DNA of 64,000 nucleotides from Camelus ferus (Eukaryota). Position numbers and translations under genes: made by a program. The notes under the pieces are model-generated. The model was not told the DNA's origin. It did not search any database and was given only the letters and a program-made list of their open reading frames with translations. Of the stretch, positions 1-11,494 are shown one piece after another (the stretch's first letter is position 1; each line of letters starts with the position of its first letter). The DNA lies in the NCBI RefSeq assembly GCF_009834535.1, contig NC_045697.1, forward strand, positions 52,082,001-52,146,000, given 5' to 3'.

Positions 1-160
1 AAAGATAAATAAGTAGGTGGATCAGCAGATAGATATGTATTATATGATACTTAGTTTTAGATATATTGGTCAGTAGGTAGATCCATACATATCATATATA
101 TTCTATGTATGTTTATATGTATTTATAATATATAGAGTAACTTTATAGATTATTTGATAA
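1..160. repeat. Low-complexity TAGA/TA-rich degenerate microsatellite
   Basis: Repeated GATA/TAGA/TATA motifs. Confidence 0.5.
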
Positions 161-394
161 AGCAATTCTGCCAATAAAAACGTATCTGAAAATCCTTGCT
201 CCAAAATTCCTATTTTACACATGGAGAAGAGATTGAACACAATCACCTTAGATTTTAGAGCAAACAAATCCCTGGAAAGAAAGCCCAGCCATTGTGATTC
301 AGAGTGTTTGTGGTGAAACGTATGAATCTGTATTTTAAGTGCTCCAGACGATTCAGGGAGCACAGCTACAGAAACGGACCATCACTTAAGAACA

Positions 395-560
395 TAAGAC
401 TAGCAACCAAAGAGATTAAAGTTTAAATTCTGTTCCACAATTTTTGAGTTGTATGACCTTCAACAATTGATTATTCCCTTTAAGCATCAGACACCCCACT
501 TGAAAAGGAGAGTAAGAATACTGACCTGTCAATGAAGAATAAATGGGGAAGTATATTATG
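395..560 (+). mobile_element. MIR SINE (decayed)
   Basis: gttgtatgaccttcaacaattgattattccctttaagcatcag... resembles the MIR core gctgtgtgaccttgggcaagttacttaacctctctgtgcctcag. Confidence 0.6.
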
Positions 561-569
561 AGAATCTAA

Positions 570-940
570 AATGATTTCAAGTATGTTACAGGTAATCAGT
601 AGAGGAAATTGGAGATGATTAAACCTCAGTTTGAACAGGGGCAACGATGATGAAGATATGTGGAAGGGTCTACAGAAGTTGGGAGATGGAGGCAACAGAA
701 ACTGTTGACTGACTAGATGAAGAGCATGAGAGAGAAGGGGAGGGGGAAAGCAAAGTTGAATGGCTGGTTATTCACTGAGATGGAACATATGCTGGAACAT
801 GAGAGGACTCGTGCAAGTGGGAGGTACCTGTAGGATGTTCACGGGAAGATATAAGGGCGGCAGTTACATACATGGGTGTACTGTCTCTAATAGAGAAAAG
901 GGATAAAAACTTTTCTGTCAGCAAATAAGAGGACCTGGAA
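570..940 (-). mobile_element. L2 LINE fragment
   Basis: Purine-rich antisense L2 pattern, including ...ttattcactgagatggaac. Confidence 0.55.
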
Positions 941-941
941 A

Positions 942-1733
942 TTGTGGCAGATGATAAAGACTGGCTCATTCAGCTTAATTTCACCACCCCTGCAGTGTAT
1001 CTTCAGCTAGAGGCTGGAAATCTGAAGACACATTTCACAAATCCCTTTGCCGTTCAGTTTCAACACATGACCTAGATTCCACTGAACAAATGTATCCTCA
1101 TAAAGTCTGGAAGCAAAATTCAGCCTGATGAGGGAAAGACTCACTTTTGTTCTTTCTGCTGGCAAGCCCAAATTTGAGTGTATTGGGTTTTTGTGTTGCA
1201 GTTGTAACAGAAGTCCCAGGTTCTAGTCCTTAGCTTAATGTATGTCAAGAGTTAGGGCATGGGGCATTCTCTATGCTGGCAAAGATTATGCAGAGGTCAT
1301 GTGACCCTGTAGTCACCATCTGTAGTATTGGTTTCCTGTTTTCCTTGCTTGCTAATCTTGGTGGAGGTAGTAGCTCTCTTGATGAACCAATTATATCATG
1401 TTCTGAGAATCATTGCCACAAGCTCAACCTGTAACTCAATTCTCTAGGCCAATAGAATATTCTGTCATGAGGAAAATGTTCTATAAATCTGTTGTCAAAT
1501 ATGGTAGCCACTAGCCATATGTGACTACGGACCACTTGAAATATGGTTAGCTCAACTAAGGATCTGAATTATTACTTCTATTTAATTTAAATTAATTTAA
1601 ATGTAAAACTTAAATAGCCACATGCAGTTAGTGGCTACCATGGTGGACAGCACAGCTCTAGACCATCCAATGATTTTGTAAGCAACCAATTCCTTAGGTT
1701 TCTGTTATCTGTAATTAATGATTGATTAATATA
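942..1733 (+). mobile_element. LTR33-like (ERVL) solo LTR, interrupted by MER3
   Basis: Starts tgtggcag; contains gaggctggaaatctgaagacacatttcacaaatccctttgc (LTR33/LTR16 signature); ends ttctgttatctgtaattaatgattgattaatata. Confidence 0.65.
1450..1655 (+). mobile_element. MER3 (hAT-Charlie) non-autonomous DNA transposon
   Basis: atatggtagccactagccatatgtg...ttagtggctaccatggtggacagcacag; 8-bp TSD-like ctctaggc (1442-1449) / ctctagac (1656-1663). Confidence 0.85.
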
Positions 1734-2099
1734 TGAAAGCTCACAGTTCCCCAAGGTAAATGCATAGAGCAAGAAAAGTTGTAAAATAATGCCAAAGGTA
1801 AACCTTGGAAAGGATGGCCAGAGAAGGAAATAAATGAAAATAGGAAACAAAGATACAAGAGAATTGGTGCTATATTAACCAACAGAGGAGTCTTTTAAGG
1901 AAAAGGAAGTCATCGGTAGAGAAAAAAGTAGAGCATCCATCATATAGTGGGTAAGCAGTTGGTCGTGGAGGACCCACACTGCATCCTTGGAATGAGTCTT
2001 GCTTTATCCTCTTTTGCATGAGTGCCTCCTCCCCCAATATCTTGGGGGCTATAGAGACTTGCCATGTTCATGTTAATCTGGTGTTTGGGTGCAACAATG

Positions 2100-2285
2100 T
2101 GGAGGTGCCGGGAGAATAGCTAACAGTACCAATTCTGCTGCTTACTCTTCATGTCCTTGAGTAAATGATGACTGCTTTCTAGCCTTCAGTCTCCCATGGG
2201 GGGAAAAAAGCAGCAATAATAATACCACTTATGAAGAGTAAATTAAATGTTGATGTGAGAGTGTTTGCAAGCTGAAAAGAAATGT
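2100..2285 (+). mobile_element. MIR-family SINE (very decayed)
   Basis: Weak MIR core, then ...attaaatgttgatgtgagagtgtttgcaagctg. Confidence 0.4.
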
Positions 2286-2729
2286 GTATGTTCTAAACCA
2301 TAAACATCCATCTCAAAGCCAGTCTTACAGCAGCCCCAGGTCTCACCTGGAACACTGAGATACCTGTAGGAAAGAATGAGTAAGTAAATAGAGATCTGAT
2401 TATAGGAAGACACGAGCATTTGAAAAAAAAAACCTGACAAATTGAATTTTGATAGAACAAGGATAAATGTTAGTGTGAGAGATATCTGAAGAAAGTAATC
2501 TTATCTAAAAGCTGAGAAAAATAGCCAAAGAAATGTGACTTGCCACATAGGACAGGAATCGAAGAAACAATGTCTTTGTGAACAAAACAGGCAAGAAGAA
2601 AGAAACTATAAGGGCTTTGGCCTAGAAAGATATTCTGTGGAGTAAATAAGAGGCTCACAGTCTTTATCCTTACCGTTAGTATCTCCCTTGATGTTTCTGA
2701 TTATGTATTCCCTAAGGCAAGCACTCTTG

Positions 2730-2870
2730 AGCTAGATATTCAGAGGATGGTATATAGAATTCAAAATGATTTTGAAAATGTCATAGAATAGCCAAGAGAA
2801 CAGAAGAATTCAAGGCTGTGAGTGAAAGTCAAGGTCTGTATACTCAGACAACAGATTGAATAAAGTGAAC
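2730..2870 (+). mobile_element. CR1/L3 LINE RT fragment
   Basis: Translates RIQNDFENVIE*PRE...KVKVCIL, resembling CR1 RT RIQNDLDRLEKWAE...KCKVLHLG. Confidence 0.55.
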
Positions 2871-2899
2871 ACAGAGATAAAAAGGAAAAAAAAAATCAT

Positions 2900-3600
2900 A
2901 TTGGAAAATGGTAGCCACAATTTATATAATTTTCTTTAGTTTCTGCAATAACTAATTTCAACCTCAATTCTCACTGTGACTGTCTGCCTCTCAGAGGAAA
3001 GCAAATCAGGTGATCATAGTCAGTTTGACTTTTGGTTTTTAAACTCCTTTAAAATGCAGTGAGGGATTCAGCTAAAAGTGGTTGGTAAAAGCTATTTCTA
3101 TTTCACTCCATTATGAAACCAACCAAAATCAATGCAAAAACTGGAAAACAAACCAAAATATTCCATGAAACAGGTCAAAAACCATGAACTGAATTGTGAT
3201 GAATATTGACAAGTACAATAGAGGTCTTCTTGTCTTTAAATACAAGCACATAACAATTTCCTTAAGCTTAATTTCTCTGATTGGAGAGCCATGTTGATGT
3301 GTCTTTCTTTAAGAGTTTATCCTCACAATATATTGTCTGTGGTTTCCAATTTCAGTTTTTTAAAGTGGAGCAACAAATTAAAGATACCTATGAAACAGTG
3401 TGAGTTCAGAATCCCTCTAGGTTTCTTTGGTATCTTATACCTAACTTAGAGTAATTTTTAGTGATTCTTCCTTATCACTTATTCCAAAAGCATCGAATTG
3501 AGTTTCAATAAACAACCCTGTTTTTTATATTCATATATTATTTTACACAGAATTTTAACTAAATTACTAGATACAAAAAAAATAAACAGATTTGCATATA
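2900..3600 (-). mobile_element. Ancient RTE-clade LINE relic, RT core block
   Basis: Colinear minus-strand peptides LFIETQFDAF (3515-3486), KLG/IPKK (3447-3422), FNLLL, LRKLLCA (3265-3245), FSSFCIDFGWFHNGVK (3148-3101) and IEVEIS resemble the RT motifs FID..AFD, GIP, FNLY, LLYADD, FGL.IN..K and ID.EI. Confidence 0.55.
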
Positions 3601-3659
3601 AACACAATGAAGCACACAAAGCAGCTAAGGAGAACAGGAGAACGTAAGCACACAGAGCA

Positions 3660-3848
3660 TTACCCTCCAGCCACTAGCCATAAAATCAGACCAGCCTGGA
3701 TCATGAAGTCACTACGTGGAAGAGAGCCACCTGTAGCTCATATGGACCCCAAATTTTGTGTAAGCAACAAATAAACTTCTATCAAGCCACTGAGAATTTG
3801 AAGTTGTATGCTAATTCAGCATAACCTAACTTATCCCATAACCAACAC
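3660..3848 (+). mobile_element. MLT1/LTR16-type LTR 3' part
   Basis: aaataaacttctatcaagccactgagaatttgaagttg...cagcataacctaacttatcc is a typical ERVL/MaLR LTR end. Confidence 0.6.
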
Positions 3849-3864
3849 TGAAACTCTTACCTCT

Positions 3865-4220
3865 GCAGTATATTAGACTTTTCATCGACGCTTGCAGCTA
3901 AGTATGTCATGTTTCAAGTTTCTGTCCAATAAGAATTAAGATAATATCCATAGGAGTGTTCTGGAAAAACTTACTTTCCTCTTAAAAAGAACAAATGCAA
4001 TTGGCTCTGCATTTTACTTACTTGATTGTAAACATCTTATGATCATAGGTGACAATGTGAGGACAAAAGGCCAGCATGGTGATGATAAAGGATAAAAAAG
4101 AGCCTGGATAGTCTGGATACATTGAGTAGTTGGTACCAATATCAACAAGCAATTACATGCATACCTCTGGATTTTTTGTTAGCTGGGGAAAGGAGATTTC
4201 AAAAAAACACATAAATCAAA
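3865..4220 (+). mobile_element. LTR16-like (ERVL) LTR fragment
   Basis: cttgcagctaagtatgtcatg...gtccaataaga and catcttatgatcataggtgacaatgtgaggacaaaaggccagcatg...acctctggattttttgttagctggg. Confidence 0.55.
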
Positions 4221-4224
4221 GTTG

Positions 4225-4920
4225 AGTAATAATATGTACATATATTTACATTCCACATTTTCTTTAACCATTCATCTATTGATGGATACTTAAGTTGCTT
4301 CCTTGTCTTGGCTATTATAAATAATTCTGCAATGAACATAGAGGTGCATATATCTTTTCTAATTAGTGTTTTCATTTTCTTCAGATACATATCCAGGAGT
4401 GGAATTGTTAAATTGCATAATGGTTCTACTTTTAACTTTTTAAGGACTCTTCATACTATTTTCCAGTGACACCAATTGACATTCCCAGCAACAGTGGGTG
4501 AGGGTCTCTTTTTCTCACCAACACTTGTTATTTGTTGTCTTTTTTTAATAATAACCATTCTGACAGATGTGAGGTGGTATCTAATGATGGGTTTTGATTT
4601 GCATATTCCTGATGATCAGTGACGTTGAGCATCTTTTCATGTGTCTGTTGGCCATTTATATGTCTTCTTTGGAGAAACGTGTATCAGACCCTCTATCTCC
4701 TGTTTTAATTGGGTTTTTTTTTTTAATGTTGAGTTGTGTGAGTTCTTTGTATATTTTGGATACTAACCCCAAACTGGATATATAATTTTCAAACATCCTC
4801 TATTAAGTAGGCAGCCTTTTCATTTTATTGATGGTTTCCTTCACTGTGCAAAAGGTTTTTAGTTTGATGTAGTCCCATTTGTTTATTTTTGCTTTTGTTA
4901 CCCTTGCCTAAGGAGACATA
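4225..4920 (-). mobile_element. L1 fragment (ORF2 C-terminus)
   Basis: ORF 4199-4390 (YLKKMKTLIRKDICTSMFIAELFIIAKTRKQLKYPSIDEWLKKMW) is L1 ORF2 C-terminal sequence. Confidence 0.95.
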
Positions 4921-4939
4921 TTAATCAGAGTCTATGAGA

Positions 4940-6392
4940 GTTCTAACAGATACAAGAGTCTAAACCCATCCTACTTAAAGGTTGATTGGTTCATAAAGAA
5001 ATAATGAGCTGTGCAGAATGTAAATCATCTACATCCTTAAGCACATTGTTTTTACCTAGCAAGACTTGATGAACCAAGCAATGTGCCAATTTATATCCTA
5101 GTGCAAGCTCCTTATAATATTGAAAACAGGAACAACCAGCAGTGGACTGGCTACTTACAGTAGCACAGTTCCAAACAGTTCCAAACTCTGAATAAATTTT
5201 GAAATACTGCTTTTGTAATTTGTTCTTCCATTTTAGTGCTATTCAAGCTGATAGCATAATTTCAAGGAATACTGAATAATATACCATAGAAAATCCTGGG
5301 ATTTTTTTTTCTGATAAATTTGACAAGTTTTACTGTCTTTCATTGCACTTTATGTGGCAAGCAATCTTTTTGGACACAATAATTTTTCATTTCTCTGCAT
5401 CAGAGAATAATTTTTGAAGACATTTCAAGTACAAAGTAGAGTTTCACATTTAAGAAAAATAATACAGAAACTTAATACAAACAACTAAGATAATAATTGT
5501 TTCACACTATGCAAACAATGAAAACTATGTCACAATGAACTCCTCTGCCAAGTGTCAGGATGCTTTTCTTTAATATCAAAGGATATGACCTTGTATCAGA
5601 AATTTAAAAATGGAAAAGAAATGTGTCCTAAAGTTGAGTCAATATAATTTTGTTCAAAAGTTTTGCCCAAGCAGTTCAATGAAAACTTCATGATTTTAGA
5701 TTCCTAGTTTCCTTATTTAATTGTAGTCCTTTAGGTCTTCAATATTATAAGCATAGTTGGAAAATTCAATATAAATATTTAAATATAAAATGTTGGCCAT
5801 ATCACCAGAACTCCTAGAATCTAAACATCTATGTGGATGAAAGGAGTATTGCTTTGATAAAGTGCTCTCTCAAAATGGGATTTGAGAACAGTTGAAGAAT
5901 ATGATATAATTCTAGAGAAATACAATTTTCCCCCCAAATTATATTTATGATTGATTTCAAAATAAGATTATTAGTTCCATATTAATTGAGACAAGCACTT
6001 CATAAGCTATGCTGAATATCAATTTCTTTAATTTTTAATCTTTCAATATGAACACCTTTATAAAGTACACCTTAAACAAATTTCTAGACAAAATGATCAC
6101 CTGCTTGTATGTCACAGCCAAGCCAAACTTCTATAAAAGTCTCAGAATGCTTATGTTCAGTTTCTGCACTTATCTTGCCACAAACTAGGAACAAATAATT
6201 TGCAGATTGACACCACAGACAGCACTGAGTGCTGGTTTGGTAACTTGTTGACCAAAGAACATTGATGATCCTTACAGAATTTTTTGCTATTATTGCCACA
6301 TTTATGTTCTGTGTTTCTTGAAAATGAAAATATGAAATAGGCAATGATTCTTTCCATTGGCATCTGTGAGGTAAACTGTATGGTTCTTTTGT
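4940..6392 (-). mobile_element. Ancient RTE-clade LINE relic, EN end, linker and RT start
   Basis: Frameshifted T-S-(P)-D-A-N-G-K-N-(Q)-I-A-Y-F-I (6383-6331) resembles WTSPDG..NQIDYI. Also FCKDHQ (6279-6262) ~ DH motif, FQNLFRVWN, LVVPVF (5139-5122) ~ IVPIFK, and SLA/GK (5066-5051) ~ SHAGK. Confidence 0.55.
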
Positions 6393-7400
6393 CTCAAAAA
6401 GCTGTACAGCAAAGGAAACAACACAATAAAAAGGCAACAGAAGGAAAGTTAAGTATTAGCAAACCACATATCTAACAAAGGGTCAGTATCAAAAATATAA
6501 AGGAACTTTGACATCTCAATAGTTAAAAAATTAATAACTTGATTTTAAAAATGGCCACAGGGTTGAATAGACATTTCTACAAGGAAGACATATAAATAGC
6601 CAACAGATATCTGAGAAGATGCTTATCACTAATTATCAGAGAAATGAAAATCAAAACCACAATGAGATACTACCTCATACAAGTTAGGACAGTTAGTGTC
6701 TAAATAAATAAATAATGTTGGGAAGTATTTGGAGAAATTGGGACGCTTGTGCATTATTGGTGGGAACGCAAACTGGTGCAGTTGCTATGGAAAACTGTAT
6801 GGAGGGTCCTCAAAAATTAAAAATAGAACTACTTATATGAGCCAGCAATCCTACCTCTGGGTATTTATACAAAAGAACTTAAATCAGGATCTCAAAGAGA
6901 TATTTGGGCTCCTGTGTTTACTGAAGCATTGTTTATAATAGTCAAGATACGGAAGTGACTTAAATGTCCATAGACAAATGAATGTTTAAGGAAATTGTGG
7001 TGCATACATAGAATTCTTCAGCCTTATAAAGAAAGGAAATCATGTTATATGCAACAACATGGATGAAACTTGAGGACATTATGCTAAGTGAGTCAGTCAG
7101 TCCCAAAAGAACAAAAACTGCATGATTCCACTTACATGAGGTAGGTAAAGTAGTCAAACCCATAGAAGCAAAAAGTACAATGCTGGTTGACAGGAATGAG
7201 GGCGGGGGAAATGGAGAGTTGCTATTCATTGCGTATAAAGTTTCAGTTAGACGAGATGAACAAGTTCTAGAGATCTGCTGAACAACTTTGTGCTTATAGT
7301 TAATACTGTACACTTAAAAGTTTGTTGGGAGGGTATATCTCATGTTATTCCTTTTACCACAATTTGAAAAATAAAACCAATATCAATAATACAAAAAAAA
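6393..7400 (+). mobile_element. L1 3' end (L1MA8/9-like)
   Basis: ORF2 C-terminal sequence, 3'UTR gttctagagatctgctgaacaac...ttttaccacaat, and an A-rich tail. Confidence 0.9.
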
Positions 7401-7479
7401 AGATTCAGAATAGAAGGGATGAGCAGGAGACTTGACCTTTAACTATCCTAATCTATGAATTGATATTTATCCTTTATGA

Positions 7480-10410
7480 TAAACAAAAAGTAAAAAGAAT
7501 ATGAAGAACACTGAAAAATCCTTTGAAAAATATACTTCCTATATTTAGGAAAGTGGAAGAAATTATGAACATGATAAAGCAAGAAATGAAAAAAATTTTT
7601 AAAAAGACATGTAGAATTTTGAGAAATAAAATATCAGAAATAAGAAATATTTGGGATTAACAACATATTAGAAAAGAAAAAATAAAAAAAATCACTGAAT
7701 TTCAATGTATAGCAACAGAAATATCCAAAATGCAGCACAATGAGGAAAAAGAGAAATGAACAGAGTACAGTGACATGTTTGATAATATCAATCAGAATAA
7801 TGTATATACAAATGGGGTCCCAGGAGGAGAGAAGGTGAAGGAATAGGACAAATATTTGAAAAAATAATTTTTAAAAAATGTTTTAAAATTATTTTTAAAA
7901 CTTTATGAAAACAATAAACCCACAGACCAAAAATGGTCAACAAACCCTAAGCAGAATAAACAAGGAAATCACATTAAGGCACATCACAAATTGCTGGAAA
8001 ATAAAAAGTCAAACATCTTAAAAGCGACCAAAGGAAAACAAAACTAGGTGCAGAGAAACAAACATAAGGATGACAATAGAATTTCTTATCTTACTTTCAT
8101 GAGCAATGCTATCAACTAGTTGGATCTAACTGATAATCAAAGAATGCTCAATCTAACAAGAGTAGACACATTATTTTCAACCATAGACAAAACATTTACT
8201 AGGATAAAACATGCTAAGCCATAAAATAATTCTCAGTAAATCTCAAAGTACTGAATCATAAAGTGATTGTCTTAAACACAACAGAATAAAACCAGAAATC
8301 AATTTTTAAAGATATTTGGAAAATACCCCAATATTTAGACAACAACAACAACAAAAATACTGCAAATCCACAGGCCAAAAAAGAAATCAGAGTAGAAAAT
8401 AAAATATATTTTAGACAGACTTAAGTGTTTTTCTGTCTAACAAAAGTTAGTTGGCAGATGCTTCAAAAGCAGTCTTCAGAGAATAAATTATTGCATTAAG
8501 TGCTTATATTATTAGAAAAGAAGAAAGATCTAAAAATCAGTGGTAAATGCTTAAAAACCAAAGTGAGCAGAAGAAAGAAAACAGAAGCAGTAACTGATGA
8601 AATTTAGACAGGAAAAATAGAGCAACTCAAATCAAATGCTGGCTTGTAAAGATCAATAAAATTTGTAATTTTCTGATCAGAGTGATAAGGAAAAAGAGAG
8701 AAGACAAAAATCGCCAATATCAAGAATGAGAGAGGTGACATCACTAAATATTCCACAGATGTTAAACATGTAGAGAAATTATTATGAAAAACTTTATGCC
8801 AAAAAAATGACAGTCAGATGAAATGGGAAAATTTTTAGAAAGACATAAATTACCAAGAAGATACAAATAACCTGAATAGTCCTATATCTCTAATAGAAAT
8901 TAAATTTCTACTTAGAAACATCCAACAAAGAAAACTTCAGATGACTTCACTTGTGAATTCCAAATATTTAAGAAAGTAATACCAAGTCTACAAAAACTCT
9001 TCCAAAATATTAAGAGGTGGTATTACTTCCCAACTCATTCTATGAGGCAAGCTTTAATAATTAGACAAGAAAAGAATAAAGTAGTATCTATCATGCCCAT
9101 AAATGCAAAAATGTTTTATAATGTTTAGCAAGTCCAATCCATCAATACATAGAGTAATACATCCAAATGCCTATATGGGGTTTGTCTGAGGAATGGCTTA
9201 ACAATGAAAATTAACATAGTTTGCCATATAAACAAATTTTAAAAGAAAACCACATTATCATCTTAACAGAAGTAAAGGCATTTGACAAAATCCATTACCC
9301 ATTCCTGACTTAAAAAATTCCTCAGCACACTAAGAATGCAAAGGAAGTTTCTCAACATAAAAAACTGTCATTTAATGTTAACAGTTAATGTTATCTATTG
9401 AATGTTTGCCTCCCAATGTCAGGAACATGGCAAGTTTTTTCAACATTCTATTGGAAGATCTCACCAGTACAATCAGGCAAGACAAAGGGGAGGAAAAAAA
9501 GATATAGTGAGAAGAAAATAAGTAAACTCTGTGTACAGATAATGTGATTGTACATATACAAAATCCAGTGGAATCTATAAATAAGCTACTAAAGCTAATT
9601 AGCATGTTTACAAGGTATTAAGTAGTTACACACAAAAATCCATTTCCACACACCACTACTAAATTGGAAATTGAAATTTGAAAAATATCATCTACAATAA
9701 TGTCAAGAAATATGAAACACTTAGGAATAAATCTGATAAAGGTACATAATATATGCACAATGAAAACCACAAAACGTTGTTTAAAAAGAAATTTCAAAAT
9801 ATTCAGATAGAGAAATAAATTCCATTCATGAGTCAGTAACTGTGAAAATGTACTTTACCTAAATTTATTTACAGAATCAACTCTATCCTAATAAAAAATC
9901 CTAACAAGTACTTTTTTGGTAGAAAACAAGTTGATTATAAAATTCAAATGGAAATGCAGAGGACTGAATATGACCAAAACGACTCTGATTAAAAAAAAAA
10001 AAAAGTTGGAAGACTAAAGTTATCTGATTTTAATCAAGAAAATGTGGTATCAGTGTAAAGACCAACAAGTATATCACTGAAAAAAGAGTAAGCAAACCCA
10101 CAAATATATGGCCAACTGATTTGACAAAAGTGCTAAGTAAATTCTGTGGAGTAATAATATTCTTTTTAACAAATGGTGTTGGAAAAATTAGATACCCACA
10201 TGCAAAAAAATGGACTTTGATCCTCAGCACCAAATACAAATAGTAATCCACAATGTATCATAGATCTACATGTAAAAATGAATCCTCTAAAAGATGTTGT
10301 AAGAAAACTTAGGAGAAAATTTTAGTAACTTTGGCTTGCAAAAGATTTCTTGGATACAACATCAAAAGCATGACCCATAAAAGAAAAAAATTGATAAGTT
10401 TTATTAGTTT
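7480..10410 (+). mobile_element. Older L1M element (ORF1 part plus ORF2, internally deleted)
   Basis: ORF1-like sequence to ~8090, then ORF2 (gatctaactgata, aaggcatttgacaaaatcc, gtacagataatgtgattgtacatatacaaaatcc). Confidence 0.9.
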
Positions 10411-10800
10411 AGAAAACTACTTGTTTAATATGACTAAAGTTAAATTTTATTTTAAATCTGCTCTCTTTAAGATTTCCTTCTGTGAAACAATGCAGCAGAC
10501 AGCACAGAGGAGGCAAAGTGCATTAAGTAAATGTTTAATCTCTTTTCTACAATATCAATGTCTAAAGTTCACAAATGATGAAACAGGCTTGCAATATGGT
10601 AATCAATAAGCTCTCAGTGAGCCTAAGTTCTCAATTTAATCCTTTTACTCTTAACTAAAAATTTCCTAATTACCTCATTCTTTATTGCAAAACCATTCCC
10701 ATGAGCCTCCCCAGAACTTTGTCCAAGAAGGGTGTATTGAACATCTGTACATGTCTCAAGTGCTTTCATTTTCATATACTTTTTACATTCTACACTTATT
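10411..10800 (-). mobile_element. Ancient RTE-clade LINE relic, endonuclease N-terminal block
   Basis: ORF 10623-10838 QYTLLGQSSGEAHGNGFAIKNEVIRKF resembles YTFFWSG...GVGFAIK; followed by TLDIDIVEK and LVILNK*F (10437-10414) ~ LVITNT.F. Confidence 0.5.
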
Positions 10801-11039
10801 ATGAAAATTAATTTTATGGTCAAGGCACTGGGTTGCACCTTCTACTCTATTAGATCAAACTCAGGCTTGTGTTTGTTAGCTCTGCCCTTGTAGTGTTAAG
10901 AATGCAAATATTCTGCAGAGTATTCTTATTTTTCTGTTTTTCATAAGGTCTTGCTAATTTGTTCACATTCCTTGAACTCACTAACTCCACACACTCTAAT
11001 TATACCAAAATCTTCTTGTTCCACTCCCTTTTCCAATTC

Positions 11040-11494
11040 TGCTGCTTCTTCTACTAGCATTTTGATTGGGACTATAGTCAATTCACTGCTCAAATCCCAG
11101 AGATAAACATATTTAGACTATTGAATGTCCTAGTCCATAAACATTCCTTCCTTTAAATAGGTCATCTTTCTCTCAAGTAGTAGGAAATTAATGTTTTTAA
11201 GATATGTAATAGTGTTGTTTTCTAAGCATTTGTTGCTGACATGTCAAAACACAGTGGATTTTTTTGGACCTATATCAAGTATCCTTGCTAGACTCATTAT
11301 AAGAATGAATATATAATAGGTCACATGTAGATGCTTTTTTTTAATATACAAAATTATATGTTTGAACAAGAATAATTTTATTTTGTCCTTTTTGTATATT
11401 ACTCCTTTTACTTCTTTTTCCTGTCTTATTGAACTGGTTAGGTCTTCAGTACTATTATTTAATAGCATGGGTGATAGCAAGCACTCCTCTCCCA
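11040..11494 (-). mobile_element. Old L1 ORF2 fragment
   Basis: ORF 11244-11495 CLLSPMLLN...IRQEKEVKGV...KIKLFLF matches L1 RT. Confidence 0.85.

Noticed and set aside
4940..6437. Possible host exons or endogenous RNA-virus element (117-aa ORF and an ~84-codon open frame)
   Set aside because: Better explained by colinear RTE endonuclease/RT motifs; no viral motifs recognised.
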